Position numbers and translations under genes: made by a program
Part shown: positions 49,525 to 62,457 of the stretch, one piece after another
Position numbering within the stretch: position 1 is the first letter of the stretch
Layout: the number at the start of each line of letters is the position of its first letter
From: Lama glama
Lineage: Eukaryota
Assembly (NCBI GenBank): GCA_028534125.1
Contig: CM052816.1
Span: 100,194,001 to 100,258,000, forward strand
Length of the DNA: 64,000 nucleotides
Reading direction: 5' to 3'
The notes under the pieces: generated by a model
Told to the model about the DNA's origin: nothing
The model's input: only the letters and a program-made list of their open reading frames with translations
Database searches by the model: none

Positions 49525-50050
49525 TTCTTTTTATTGAAGTACAGCCAGTTTACAGTGTCGTGTCAGTCTGTGGTGCACAGCATCATGTTTCAGTCACACA
49601 CACATGCAGGTACTCGTTTTCATGCTCCTTTTCACCACAGGTCACTGCAAGACACTGAACATAGCTCCCTGAGCTCTACGGAAGAAACTTGTCATTTATC
49701 TTATCGAACTCCCAGTTTATCCCTTCCCATCCCCTTGCTCCCGGTAACCATAAGTTTGTTTTTCTACATCTGTTCTGTTTTGTAAATAAGTTCATTTGTG
49801 TCATGTTTTTAAGATCCCGCATGTAAGTGACATCGTGTGGCATTTGTCTTCCTCTGTCTGACTTATTCACTTAGTGTGATCATCTCCAGGTCCATCCGTG
49901 TTGCTGCAGATGGCGTGATTTCATTCTTTCTATGGTTGAGCAGTGTTCCATTGTGTGTGTGTGTGTGTGTATACACCACAACGTCACTATGCAGCCATCT
50001 ATCAATGGGCATTTAGGTTGTTTCCATGCATCTTGGCTGTTTGAATCGCA
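49525..50050 (-). mobile_element. LINE-1 3' end (cetartiodactyl-type)
   Basis: 'tttttattgaagtacagccagtttacag...ggtaaccataagtttgttttctac...gacttattcacttagtgtgatcatctccaggtccatccgtgttgctgcag'. Confidence 0.9.
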
Positions 50051-50803
50051 CCCTCTCCCACTTTTCTCTGGTTGACTGTCATGACTGAGGCAGAGGGCAC
50101 TGACATGACGGAATTGTGTGTTCCCCTCCCTCGGTGTCTGGACCTGCTGCCTTGTGTCCAGGATAATTGATCAGCTTTTCTACCCACCGTCCCTCCACAG
50201 AGGGTCTTGGGCTCGCAGTCTTTCAGGTGAGTCTCCCCTGCTGAGTGTGTGTGGCTACACTTTTGGACAAGCCAGCTGCACCAGGAGAAGCCGGGTGGAA
50301 GCAGGGCTGCTGGGCCGGACGGCCACCACGGGCTGGGTGTCACTCTGGTCCTGACCGTGTAGAGTCTTGCATTCACTTGGGCTGCGTCACCCAGAAGGAG
50401 CAAGTAAAGCTGGGCTGTTCCATGATCAGGGACGGGCACCTGATGATCTCTCATCCTGCTCACCCCAAACCAGATCCAAACACGGGGAACCCTGCAGGTG
50501 TGTGTGGGTGGGAGGAGCCTGGGATGCTGTCTGGAGCAGAAGGAGGGATGTGGGAGCGTGACCCCCATGCCAATGCCTGGACCCCGAGTGGAGCTGGGAG
50601 GCGAGCACCCCCTGCCTGCTTCACTGCCACTGGCCCTGGAGGCAGTGCTGCTCCTCCAAGTTGTCACTTTTTCAACGTCTACGGCCAAGTCGCTTCATTG
50701 ACTGCTCCTGTTTCTCTCGTTCTTTAAGTGAGCAGTGACATAAAGGGCTGCGTCTACTGCACTTCTGCACACTCGCCCAGCTGCCGTCTTGGCTGGTTTT
50801 CCA

Positions 50804-51008
50804 GTGGTCCTCACCATGTCTCCCATAGTCCTCACCATCTCCCTCATGGTCCTCACCATCTCCCCGTGGTCCTCACCATCTCCCTCATGGTCCTCACCAT
50901 CTCCCCGTGGTCCTCACCATCTCCCCCATGGTCCTCACCATCTCCCCATGGTCCTCACCATCTCCCCGTGGTCCTCACCATCTCCCCGTGATCCTCATGA
51001 TCTCCCTG
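50804..51008 (+). repeat. Minisatellite, 20-21 bp unit x10
   Basis: Unit RTGGTCCTCACCATCTCCCY(C), 10 copies, partly alternating 21 and 20 bp. Confidence 0.95.
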
Positions 51009-52739
51009 GTGGTGTCTGGCTTTATCTGGTCTCTGTCGACACCAGTGGTCCTAATGGGAACATCACTTCCTCAGAGTTCAGATATTGGGAGATCTGGATA
51101 CTTTATAACTGTTTGTAAAGCTGAAAAAAAATGGTAAGGCAACTAGCTTTAGAAGCTGCACTTATTAAAATGTTCACAAAATTGTAAAGAGCATCCACCC
51201 AAAGGACAAGGACCAAAGTCACCGCCCTCATCCTCACGGTGGAGGAGCCCACCGCCCTGGGCTCCCCGCTGCACTGACTACCAGCCAGGCTCCTGGAGAA
51301 CCTCCTGAGCCCTGGGCCGGGCGTCCCCATGGAAGCAGGCAGGGGAGGCACTGAGCTCCTCAGGAAAGACAGCTGTGGGATGGAAAGCAGCGTCTCCACA
51401 GCCCTGTGATCCGAGTCCGCACATCGCCGTGTCGTCCACAACATGACCTCGGGGAAACGAGAGCACGAGACAGAGACAGAATGCCCAGTTTTCACCCTCA
51501 AAGCCACCGCTGTTTCAGGCACCTCTTCCCCAGAGAGGCACAGCCAGTCTGTTTGACGGCCTGACTCAATTCGTAAGTCCTCGGCCACTTGGGAGAAGCC
51601 AGTAAAGAGGGGCCGCCTTCGGGGTTCCCGGGCCAAACCTTCTCCAGACCCCAGCCGTCAGAGGGAGCCGCTCCCAGCAGCTCTCCCAGCCGTGAGTGGC
51701 CCTCGGACGGGGCAAGGAAAAGACATTTCCTGTGTTGTGTGGTGCAACAAGAGCTACAGATCCTGCCGGAGCTGGGAGCTGCGAGGGGAAGCTGGAGTGC
51801 CCGGAGACAGCGCGGTGATTAATCATCGCGGCCAAGGCCTGTCAGGGCGCTTTCAGGGCTGATGCCGCTGTCAGCCCCAGCCAGCCCCGCGCCATCTGTA
51901 ATTGTTTAAAGTATCACCCACACCGCCGTGCACGTTTCCAACGCCTACGCTTCCCTTACACCTCCCATGGAGAACGCTTGGCCGGGGGCCGTGCGGCCAT
52001 GCTGACCTCTGGACAGAACGTAACTGGCCAGCGCGGATGTTCAGCAAAACCCTGGAGCTGGGAACTGAAGTCCTGGAGCCTGACTTTGGTTTCTAGTCGG
52101 CATCCCTGCCTCAGGACCCCCGGGTCGAGAGCGAGCTGGCAGGAAAGCAGGTGCTGCTCTCAGGGCGGGGACTGCAAATTCGCACGGGCTCCAGGGCAAA
52201 AGGGCTTCGCTGTGCTTCCAGAACCTCCCCTCTGAAAATACTGTAATCCAACAGGTGAGCGCTGGGCGATGCCAGCATGGCCGCCTGTCAGAAATGGGGC
52301 ATCTGAAGGCTCTGCGTGCATCTGTGTGCTCGGCCGTGAACAAGGAGGAGGAGTCACGTGAGCAGGAGCCCGCTTGTGTGAAAAGAGGTTGCTCCCTTGC
52401 ACCGAAGTGCTGGCTTTTCTGACCTTCCCTAAGAACACATTGAGAAGAGGCTCAGTTTGCTTTACTGACCTGTGAAATAGGGGAGTGCCTTAGCTAGCAT
52501 ACATTTCATGATCAGAGAAAAAGTAGGGGCACGTTCACACAGAGGAATTCCAAACAATCTACGTAACTGTCCCCTCCAGGAACGGGGCCCAAGCCTCCCC
52601 TCCCCAGGGCTCCCCCAGACACTGCACTGGACTTTGTGACTGGCCTCCAGGTGATGGAGTCTGGAAAGGGGAGCCCAGCCTCACTACGGAGGAGAAAGCT
52701 GGCACCACCTCCCGAGCCACACGGTCCAGGCTGGCGTCA

Positions 52740-53212
52740 CCTGTGCTGTCACCTGGGTGTTGCAGACCCCGGATGCAGAATGTGCAGACTCTTGCTCCCC
52801 AGAAGCTGCAGCCCCCAGACTCATCATGACACTGCCTCAAGCAATTCAAATAGAGGCACGTTCTAAAACACCCGCCCAGCGCCCTTCATCTGTCGAAGTC
52901 ACGGAAGAGAAGGAAAGTCTGGGGACCTGTCCCGGACTGGAGTCGTTTATGGAGACCAGTGGACTAAGGACAACGGTGACTCCTGGACTGGATCCTGGGT
53001 CAGTACGAAGATGCTGGCGGAAAAGCTGGTGAAGTCCATGAAAGTCCATGCTTAGCTGATGGTGTGGTCCCAGCATTTCTTAGTTTTGGCAAATGCACCA
53101 AATTATTTAAGATGCTGACATCCAGAGATGATGGGTGAAAGAGAAATGAAACTCCGTGAACTATCTTTGCAAATTTTCTATAAAATAAATTTATTCCAAA
53201 ATAAAAAAGCTT
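52740..53212 (+). mobile_element. LINE-1 3' UTR (L1MC-like)
   Basis: 'aaggaaagtctggggacctgtcccggactgg', 'tcctggactggatcctgg' and 'gaactatctttgcaaattttctataaaat...ttattccaaaataaaaaag' match the L1MC 3' end. Confidence 0.8.
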
Positions 53213-54034
53213 ACAAGATCAGATGCAAACGAGTCTTGTAGATGCTGAGTCCCCATAAAGGAACGTCTGCTCTCCCTTCCGCCCTGGCCGCGGTGGCTGT
53301 GCTGGTGCGCCGCCCTGCGCCGGGGAAGCACGCGCCTCCTCCCGCTGAAACACGTGACATTTCAACTCACTAAAATGTTTTCAAAGGCTGTGATTTCCTT
53401 CCCTTCTGGAGACTAGGCTGGACTCCACGTTATTTGCTACTAGTGATAACCTATGGAAATGGAAGCTCACGCTGGAAATTCCAGAAGCTGCCATCTAAAT
53501 AAAACAAACAACGGAAAACTTCACAGACTCTGTTTTCTCTGTTGGGAAGCTATGCAAGAGCTGAAAATATTTCTTTAATTTCTTTGTCATGTCTAAGAAG
53601 TACAGGATCTGGGACTCCAGAATCCCCAGCAGAAGCCCTGCCATGAACACACGTCTATGATCCTGCTGGAAACGTTTGGTGCTACCAGTGTGACCCACTT
53701 ACACTGTGTCTCTCCGTGTGGACGAGGGCAGAGCTGGGCTCATCCATGCCCCTCTTTGATGCTGTTCCCTTCCTGGTCACCCAGACCTGGCGGTTCCATC
53801 CTGAGCCTCAGCACAGTGACCCTCGGATGCTGTTGGTCTGTGGGACGGCTCTGCTGTGTGTGGTCCCTGACACTCCCCGGAGCTGTCCAGAAGTTTATGG
53901 GGTGTTGAGAGTTTCTTTCCCAACATGCTGACATGGCCAAACTCTCCCTTTGAACTGGACTTTGCCCCTTCCAAAATTAATATGGAAAAGCTAATTGCTT
54001 TGAAGTCATTCCAGGTAATCAAGAGCCAGTCTCC

Positions 54035-54712
54035 AAATCTGGTGCAACCACTGTGGAGAGCAGTGTGGAGCCTCCTTAAAAAACTGAAAATAGACTCACC
54101 CTGCGATCCAATAATCCCATTCCTGGGTGTATATCCTGAGGAAGCTCTAGTTTGAAAAGGTACCTGCACCCCCACCCACAATGTTCACAGCAGCACTACT
54201 TACAGTAGCCAAGATACAGGAACAGCCTAAGTGTCCATCAGCAGGTGGCTGAATAAAGAAGTTGTGGTGTATTTATACAATGGAATACTACTCGGCCATA
54301 GAAAAGAATAAAATAATGCCATTTGCACCAACATGGATGGACCTGGAGGTTGTCATTCTAAGTGAAGTAAGCCAGAAAGAGAAAGAAAAACATTGTATGA
54401 TAGCACTCATATGTGGAATCTAAAAAAATGACAGAAATGAATGTATTTACAAAACAGAGACTCACAGACATAGAGGACACACTTATAGCTACCAAAGAGG
54501 AAAGCTGGGGAGGGAAGGGACGAATCAGGACTTTGGGATTTGCAGATAAAGCGACTGTATATAAAATAGATAAACAACAGGGCCTGCTGTACAGCACAGG
54601 GAACTGCATTCTGTATGTTAAAATAACCTATAATGAAAAAGAATATATACATATGTATGTATAACTGAATTGGCATGCTGTGCCCTGGAAACTAACACGA
54701 CGTTATAAATGA
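54035..54712 (+). mobile_element. 5'-truncated LINE-1 (ORF2 C-terminus + 3' UTR)
   Basis: Peptide NLVQPLWRAVWSLLKKLKIDSPCDPIIPFLGVYP (L1 ORF2 C-terminal region), followed by the same 3' UTR type as 40250-41079. Confidence 0.93.
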
Positions 54713-55331
54713 GGGACACGTCAGGAGCCAGTCTCCAGCCCAGACCTGCCTCCCCCAGGGAAGAGGCTCCCGGGGAACCCGGCTCGGGTGGGTGTAAAGC
54801 CGTCACCTTCCAGACTCTCACCTTCCACCTGCCTCCTTCTTAAACCCAATCTGGCTGGCCTGCCTCCTGCCTTTCCCTCTCCTGCCGACCACTCTCTCCT
54901 CACTTCTCAAAAGGGAGGTGCTGTCCCACCATCAGGAGCCTGACCGGGCGCCTTGCTCTGCCCCGGTGCCTGAGGTTCGGGGCACCGAACAGGAGGCTGC
55001 GGTCAGGAAGGTGAATGTGGCAGGCCTCCGAGGGTCTGGCAGCATCCACGGCTGTGATCATCAGCGCAAAGGAAGGAGTCCTGCTTCAGGTGCCACTTAC
55101 AACAACGTTTGACGCTAGACCGCTGTGTGATGTTTGGCCCATAACTCAGGGCTTTAGAGAACCAAGTGCTATTTTAACACCAAAAGTTCTTCCGTCCCAT
55201 CTGCTTATGTCCACTTTCAATGACCACCACAACAAAATGAAGTGAATAAACTTGAACCATGTTTAACTCCAGCAAGAATCAATATTATCAATTATCTATT
55301 TTGTTTCCAGATTTATTTCCAATAACATTGT

Positions 55332-55427
55332 TTTTTTTCCTCCTTAACAGAGGCACTGGGGATGGAACCCAGGACCTCGTGTGTGCCAGGCTCCTGCACT
55401 CCCACTGCGCTGTGCCTCCCACCCCTC
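55332..55427 (-). mobile_element. tRNA-derived SINE (vic-1-like) with 13-bp TSD
   Basis: 'gaggcactggggatggaacccaggacctcgtgtgtgcc' is a reverse B-box region. Perfect TSD ccaataacattgt at 55319-55331 and 55428-55440. Confidence 0.85.
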
Positions 55428-55639
55428 CCAATAACATTGTATTTTTTATTTTTAATGATTTTTAAATGTATAATATATTCTTACTGTTTTGATCCAATTT
55501 TTACAAACAGTATTTCTAATAATAGCTCAATCCAACTGAAAAGCTTACACAAAACCAAGAGAAAATAAAACTTCAATTTTATGTAGATTTTTGTTGCAAG
55601 GAAGAGTGATGGAGTGATCTACACACGACTTAAGAGCAG

Positions 55640-55708
55640 CAGTAGATAAAATTAAGGTTGTAAATATAATAACGTAACAGTAGATAAAATTAGGGTCGTA
55701 AGTATAAT
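55640..55708 (+). repeat. Short tandem duplication (38 bp period)
   Basis: cagtagataaaattaaggttgtaaatataat vs cagtagataaaattagggtcgtaagtataat. Confidence 0.8.
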
Positions 55709-58700
55709 GGAAATAGAATTTAAAAAAAAAAGAAGTGACATTTTCCAAACGTTACAGAGATCGTTCGCGTGTTATGAAATGGATGAGAGTGGGTGTCAAC
55801 GCAGTGGCTTATTTAAACTTCAAGGTCATTCATATACATTTAAATAGATGAGGATGGACACCCATCAGCATCACACTTGATTTAAGATGCTCATGGGTCT
55901 TTAAAAGAAGCTGGTGGGTATCCCATCGGTCAAAAGGTGATGTAATAATTCAATTTTAAGACGTTAACACTTAAAATTCACCAAAATTTACATATTTTGT
56001 GACTACTTAAATAGAATGGAAAATTGTGAATGTCAACATAAAGACACGTGAGCCAACACGTAGCTGCGATGTGATGAGTCACCTGCTCCTGGAGAGACCG
56101 CGGTGTGAGTGCAGCATCTGCCCGGGGTCCCCAGCGGGTCTCACCGCCCTCTGTCTCCCGGGGTCTCCTGAGAGCCCCAGCGGCTTGGGGGGAGACGCTG
56201 GGCTCTCTGCACTCGCTGGGCAGGGGTGGGGGCAACACCCATGCCTGGGCCGGGGGATGGGTGCGGGGCTGGCTCTCTCCCAGGGTGTCTGCGAGACACC
56301 ACCGTGCGACACTGTTAAGGCAGCAGCCGGGCTGCCGGCGGTCTCTCAGGAAGCACACACACCCCAAACCACCACCTTTACAGTGTATCTGCAACCAAGG
56401 CTTTAAATGCCTCCCAGCCCCCGTCTTGTTACTTTCCTTCTCAGTCCCAGGAGCATCACGTCTTCCAGAAACTGTCAGAAATGCGGCTTTGAAAACTTTC
56501 CCATTTGTTTCCGTTTCCATATTCCCAAGGCTCTTCGTCAACTTCCATCCGTTTCACTCGGCTTTTCTGTGGAGCCTGAGGAAGGGAGACTCTCCTTGTT
56601 CTCAGTGTCCCTTCCCCTCCTTTCATGAAGGGAAGTTTTCCCTTGCTGTCATCGCTGGTATCCATATTGCTCCCACCTAGCATTCTGACCGAGGTGACCC
56701 TGGGGACCGAGGTGGGCGGGGACGGTCCTCACTTCTGAGGGCGGGGTGGGGGTTGGCCGGCACCAGATCCCCGGTGCAGAGCCTCTGTCTTGGCCGGCAG
56801 CCTTCTGTCTGCATCAGACTTGCGATACGTCCGTGTTGTTTCCACTGACCAGTGACCGGTGAGGATGTGGAGTCTGAGGGCCGTGCCGGCACCTGGGCCT
56901 CATGGACCAGAGGCTCCGCGTGGCTGCCTGGGAATCTGATCCGCGAATGTGGAAATCTGCTAAGTCTCCCCTGGGCTGCCTGGGGCCACCCTGTCCTGAC
57001 CGGCTTCCTGAACCTGACCGCACACCGCGGGCACTCGGGGCCGCACAGAAACACACACCCGCAGGGGGCAGTGTGACTGCCTGCCGGCTCGCGGGGCCTG
57101 GGCCCCGCTCAGAACCGGCCCAGTGCCGGCAACCCACCCAGCGTCCCCTCCCCGTGCTTGGAGCCCGACCCTCTGCAGGCCCTGAATCTAACCGCACGGC
57201 CAGAACAAAGCACGTTTTCTCGTCTGACACGTGAACACCATCTGGTGAGAAAAGCCCTGGAATAATTGAATGTGATTTTATAATTTGGGAGCTTTTATCC
57301 CGGCATCGGGGCCCCTGAGCTTCCCAGCTGCCGCTCATGAAGTAGCTCGGTGGTTGCAGCCTTTCGGACGGGTATCGTGAACACGGGGCTGGACGGGTCG
57401 GGGTGCCTCCTTGGAACACGAGCCTGGGCCTGCCTGCAACCGAGCGTTAGGCTCAACCGCTTCCCCGGCGACCCGAGCGCATCCTGCAGCAGGCGCGGGA
57501 TGCTCGCCCTTCAGCGTGGCGGACACGCACGGCGACTGCAGTTTGTGCTCAAGTTCTAAGTTGAACTGACAGGGCATCTCCCTGAGTTTGCGATATGAAC
57601 AGCAGGTATCTGCTCGCCAATCAGATGATCGTCCGTCCAGAGTCACACACACTCACTCCTGAGCAGTCTGTGAAGGAGGCAAAAACATATGCACACGGGG
57701 CACAAGCCGGAGGACCTTCGTAAAGCGGACCGCCCTAACGTGCGCGTCACAGCCCTCGGAGCCCGCTGCCCAGAAGTCACACGTCGAGGCTGCCTTCTCC
57801 CTGCCTTTGTCACAGCTGTCACCCATGAGGGTCACACTGCAGTGCGCACACTCGACTCTGCTTTCTGCTGGGGGGCCGGGTCGGGGCCGGGGGTGCTAAA
57901 ACTAGGGGGGTGGACACCTTGGTTTCTAATCCTGGGGTCCCCAGGGCCACCGGAGGGGACCTCTTCTCGCTGAGCGCAGCCGCCCCGCCTCGCCCTGGCC
58001 CGAGAACCCCACCCAGGGCGAAGGAGGAGGGGGCTTCTCCAAGCGCCACCCGCACTCGACCTTCATCCACTCAGCGGGGGGGTGTGGGGGGTCTGATGCT
58101 CCAGACATCACACCAGCGTATTTCTTAAAATAAAACCACATAATACATGTGAAAGCACTTGGAAAACAAGACAGCACTTTCCATAAGTGGAGATCATTCA
58201 AGACAACCAAGAGTATTAATGCACTTTTTTCTTTTTTGTAGCGCACCGATGTAAACCAGATATCTGGTGTGAAACCCCCCTCAGATGGGCTTCCGGGTGA
58301 CTGTTCCACGTCAGATCTGCAGGGAGGTGGTCAGAGCCAGAGCCCCCGGGGCAAAGCTGCCCCCAGTGTGTCTCAGAGAGAAAACTGTGGTCCCCGCGGC
58401 CAGGCAGCTACCCCGGAGGGAAGTGTCTCCTGCTTGAGGGTTTCAGTCAGCTCAGAAAGTGCGATGTGAGGGGCAGGAGCAGCTCGGGCGCACTGCTTGG
58501 GGCCGTGGGGCGGGCGGGTCCTGGTCACCATTTCCCCGCAGGCTGGCGAGCGAGGGGCTGATGGATGGACAGAGGACGGGCACGTCCTGGCCCAGCACCC
58601 CCACCAGCCCATCTCACAGGAATGAACCCCGAGGAGGAAGAGCCGGGCTTTAAAAGCCTTTTGATCTTCGTGAAAGATGGTTGCCAGGTGGGGAGACGGA

Positions 58701-61017
58701 GGACCACTGGAATACTAGGAATATACACGTAAAATCATCTTCATCTTGTTCAACTTTTCCCTGCAACTCCACATTAGAAGAGAAATTTATCATAGCTGTG
58801 ATTTGAGGGGAAAAGCTTTTAAAGTAAGGAGGGTACCTTTGGAGATGTCAGAGGCGGGCAGGCCTGCAATTTAAGACTCGTGTCACTCAGTCAAAAGGAC
58901 TCATTTATACCAGGGAGGAATAAAACACATAAGGAACAAATTTATGGAAAATATTCACCGATTGATCTGTTTATTACTTAGATATGGAGAAAGGAGAGAC
59001 AAAGGTTTGGAAAATCTTTCCCCACATTTTTCAGCCTTGCCCCTCAACCCCACACAGGCTTTCTTCATCAATCTGCAGACTGAGTCTGGATGGAGTTTCT
59101 GAGATGTACACGATGATAAAAAAAATACATTTTAAATGATACATTAACAACTTTCCCCCACGCACTGGGATTTTTGTGTCTAGACATAAAGGTGCGGTTT
59201 CCCACAGGTGCATCTGTGCGATGGAGACAGTCCTCCATCGTTGCTTGCCCTTGTTGGGAACATATAAACTGACTCAGAAAGAAACTGCATGACCTTTCAA
59301 TCAAATATATTAATTTTCCAGTGAAAGTTTTTAGAGAAAACTTCTAAGTTTGTATTGAAACGTCTCTCATGAAGAATTTAGTCCAACAAAAACAAGCAGA
59401 ATGTTTACAATTCACTTTGAGGGGCTAAATCACAGGCTGCAACAATGGAATCTGATGAGCCTGCTATGACAAATTCACCTCCTTGTCACTCAAACAAACA
59501 AACAAACAAAGAACCCCAGCAATCTGCCCGTGGTGTGCATTTTTCTAGTGTGATGCTCAGGGCTGGGGTGCACATTTCCCAGTTCTGCAAAGTGTTCCTT
59601 TGGACGTACAGAAAATGCTGCATTTTTGACATGGAAAAGACAGAGCCCAGCTGACCGGTGCAGACGCACGCATGCTGGGCACTGGGGACGCGCCTTCCGG
59701 GGACGGCCCACCTGGCCCTGCCTGTCGGCCGCCTTGGCCCCACTCAGCAGTAGCCTGGGACCCCCCGAGTCAGAAATCAGTGCTTCCCCCAGTTTGGAAT
59801 CAGAAGAAAAAGAATTCCCTGTGTGTGCTCACTTAGAGTGTTTAAGTCAAAATCAGGCGAGGAGTTAGTTCCAATCACTATCCTTAGATTGTTTAAAAGA
59901 AAGTCTAGGAGCTGCGAATATGGAACAAAAGTCCCCTCGTAGGGAGCAGCTGTGAGTCAAGATTTCACGTTTACATATTTGCAACAATAAGCCTCAAAAG
60001 TTTGGCTTGAACAGGTTTCCATGACTTGCTGATCAAAGCAGCTGATTGTTAAAAACAGCCGCTGCTATTCTGCATTGGCTTCATTCTTTGGGCATTTGGC
60101 GGGCAGCATTGAAACAGATCATGGAAGTGTCAGAATTGAGGTCCCCTCTGCTAAGGAACGCTGGTTCCTTGGGCCGCTCCCCCCACCCCCCACAGTGGCT
60201 GCTCAGGGACCCCTTCTGGGTGGGGACAGTCCTCTTGTCCACTCAAAGGGGCCACCGGGGCTGGAGCTGCCCGCTGCCCCCTTCCTAAGGCGACAGCCAG
60301 CGGCAGCCCCACGTGCCCGCCCTAAGCCCATGGGCGGGAGGAATCCGCAGCACTTGGCCCATCTTCCCTCATGCGCACAGGAGCACGGATGCCCACCTTG
60401 GCTGCCCACAGCACAGGGGATGCCTCTCCACGTGGAGGGCAGATGCCAGGCTGGCTGACATGACGTTTGCAACAAGGCCAAGGGTGCCGGCCTTCAGGCA
60501 TCCTGGAGTCTCTGCTACCACCGAGGTCGGGCGTGGGGACCCCGTGCTCTGAGGACAGGGAGGGACTTGACGGGGAAACTCAGACGTGAGCTCACTGCGT
60601 GTCCAGGACCACTGAATCATGCATTTTAAGTATGTCTTTATAGCAACTGTCTGAGTGCAGGCATTGTGCCCAGAAAAGAAGGCAGCGTGATGAGCAAGAT
60701 GTGATTTCTGCCCCCAAGAACCCAGGACGAAGCACAGAGAGAGATGGAAAGACAAGAAAATGAAAGTAGACAGAGATGTGCCTGGAATTAAGGGTGCTGG
60801 CTTGGAGGAAGGACGCGTGATAGATGTGGAGGAAGTGTTCAAAATATTTTAACAGAATCCACACTTAGGGCATTAAAATGTGTCGCTGATGCATGAAAAA
60901 CAGAAACGCTGTTTCTTTACATCCTCCTTCATCTCACTGTGAATTCACTTAAGTGCAGTGGAGAAGCAATGAATATAAATATATATTTAATATCTCTCTA
61001 CAGAAGAATAACGTGCC

Positions 61018-61068
61018 TGTGCGTGTGCATGCATGTGTGTGCGTGTGTGCGTGTGCATGCGTGTGTGT
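61018..61068. repeat. Alternating purine-pyrimidine tract (TG/CG/CA mix)
   Basis: 51 bp of uninterrupted RY alternation. Confidence 0.85.
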
Positions 61069-62220
61069 CCACCAGGATGCAAAGCCGGTGAGAGATGGCC
61101 TAACCTGGTGACCCTTTCCAGTCCCCAGGATTCCTCTGGAAGCTGTGCGTGCCTGGTAATTATTATTCCAACCCTATTAGCATAATGATAGCCTGCTTCC
61201 CTGGCACTGCATTTTTATCCACAATCTCCCTGAGGTCTTTAAGCTTGTTAATAATCATTACAGATAGCCAATGAAGTGAATCACGGCTAAAATGAACTCA
61301 CCTGAACTAAAGAGATTAACCCTACTCAGGCCTGAAGTGCCCCGTACGTGTTCATCAACAGGCTCTTCCTATCAGCAAATAAATACTAAGGAGAGTTACG
61401 GGGAGATGGCCCCGCGTGGGAGCACGCAGTTTTGCTTCAGTGAGCGACTTCTTCTGAGTGGTTCCGTTTAATTAACACTCCCAGGCACCTCTGAGCCGTT
61501 CTCGGCCGCAGCGGCCCTGCAGATGTGGTCGGGGGCTTCCTGATACCTCAGCTTTTCACAGGATGCCGAGATACATCCGTCAGCTGATACGATGCTACAT
61601 GAAACAGACACTCCAGCAACGGGGCATCGAAAGAAAACTAAGCCAATCATAGGATGAAGCATAGTCAGTTTCCTTCCTATCTTTTTTTTTTCTTCCTTTT
61701 AGAATCCTAAGTCAGATTTTGCCCAGATGCCAAAAATGCCGCTTCTGATTTGGGGCCCCAGTCTGCTCTGTAATGTGGGCAGACTCTCGGTCACTCTGAG
61801 CTGCCCACCACGTGGAAGCGATTAGACACTGCTGCCCATGGAAGTCTCATGATGGACAGGGCGGCGTCTGTGCCCAGCTCCGGGGGCAGAGACCAAATAA
61901 AACTCCTTTCACAATCTGTTCAACTTCTAGCCTGTTCCTTATTCTTTGCTTATGAGGAGCTCATCACAGCATAAGAAATACCCTCTTCAGAACTTCCAGA
62001 AATTACGTGGTGCCCTGTGTATGAGAAAAGCAACACAGATCTGCTGGCGGAATCCAGATAACGGAAACGAGAAAGAAAAAAGCGAGAGAGGGAGGAAGAA
62101 GGAAAAGAACAGGAAAAAACCAAAAAGAACTCTGAGCCCAAGGCCCCGGCCTCGGGGAACACCCTCCTTCACGGGGCGGCGTCCACAGCCTGGACCCTTT
62201 CTCCACTGAACACGGAGCCT

Positions 62221-62457
62221 GCCTGGGACACCGCCGCCTGGGACACCGCCGCCTGGCACACCGCCGCTTGGGACACCGCCGCCTGGGACACCGCCGCCTG
62301 GCACACCACCACCAGGGACACCGCTGCCGGGGACACCGCCGCCTGGGACGCCACCGCCTGGGACATCACCGCCTGGCACACCGCCACCGGGGACACCGCT
62401 GCCGGGGACACCGCCGCCTGGGACACCGCCGCCTGGCACACCGCTTGGGACACCGCC
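62221..62457. repeat. GC-rich minisatellite, 15-bp unit x16
   Basis: Unit GCCTGGGACACCGCC, 16 copies (one shortened by 3 bp). Confidence 0.97.

Noticed and set aside
50804..51008. CRISPR-like regular repeat (also 62221-62457)
   Set aside because: Units are directly adjacent with no unique spacers, there are no cas genes, and the context is mammalian.
55740..55930. Faint resemblance to a CR1/L3 reverse-transcriptase segment
   Set aside because: Similarity too weak to support by eye.
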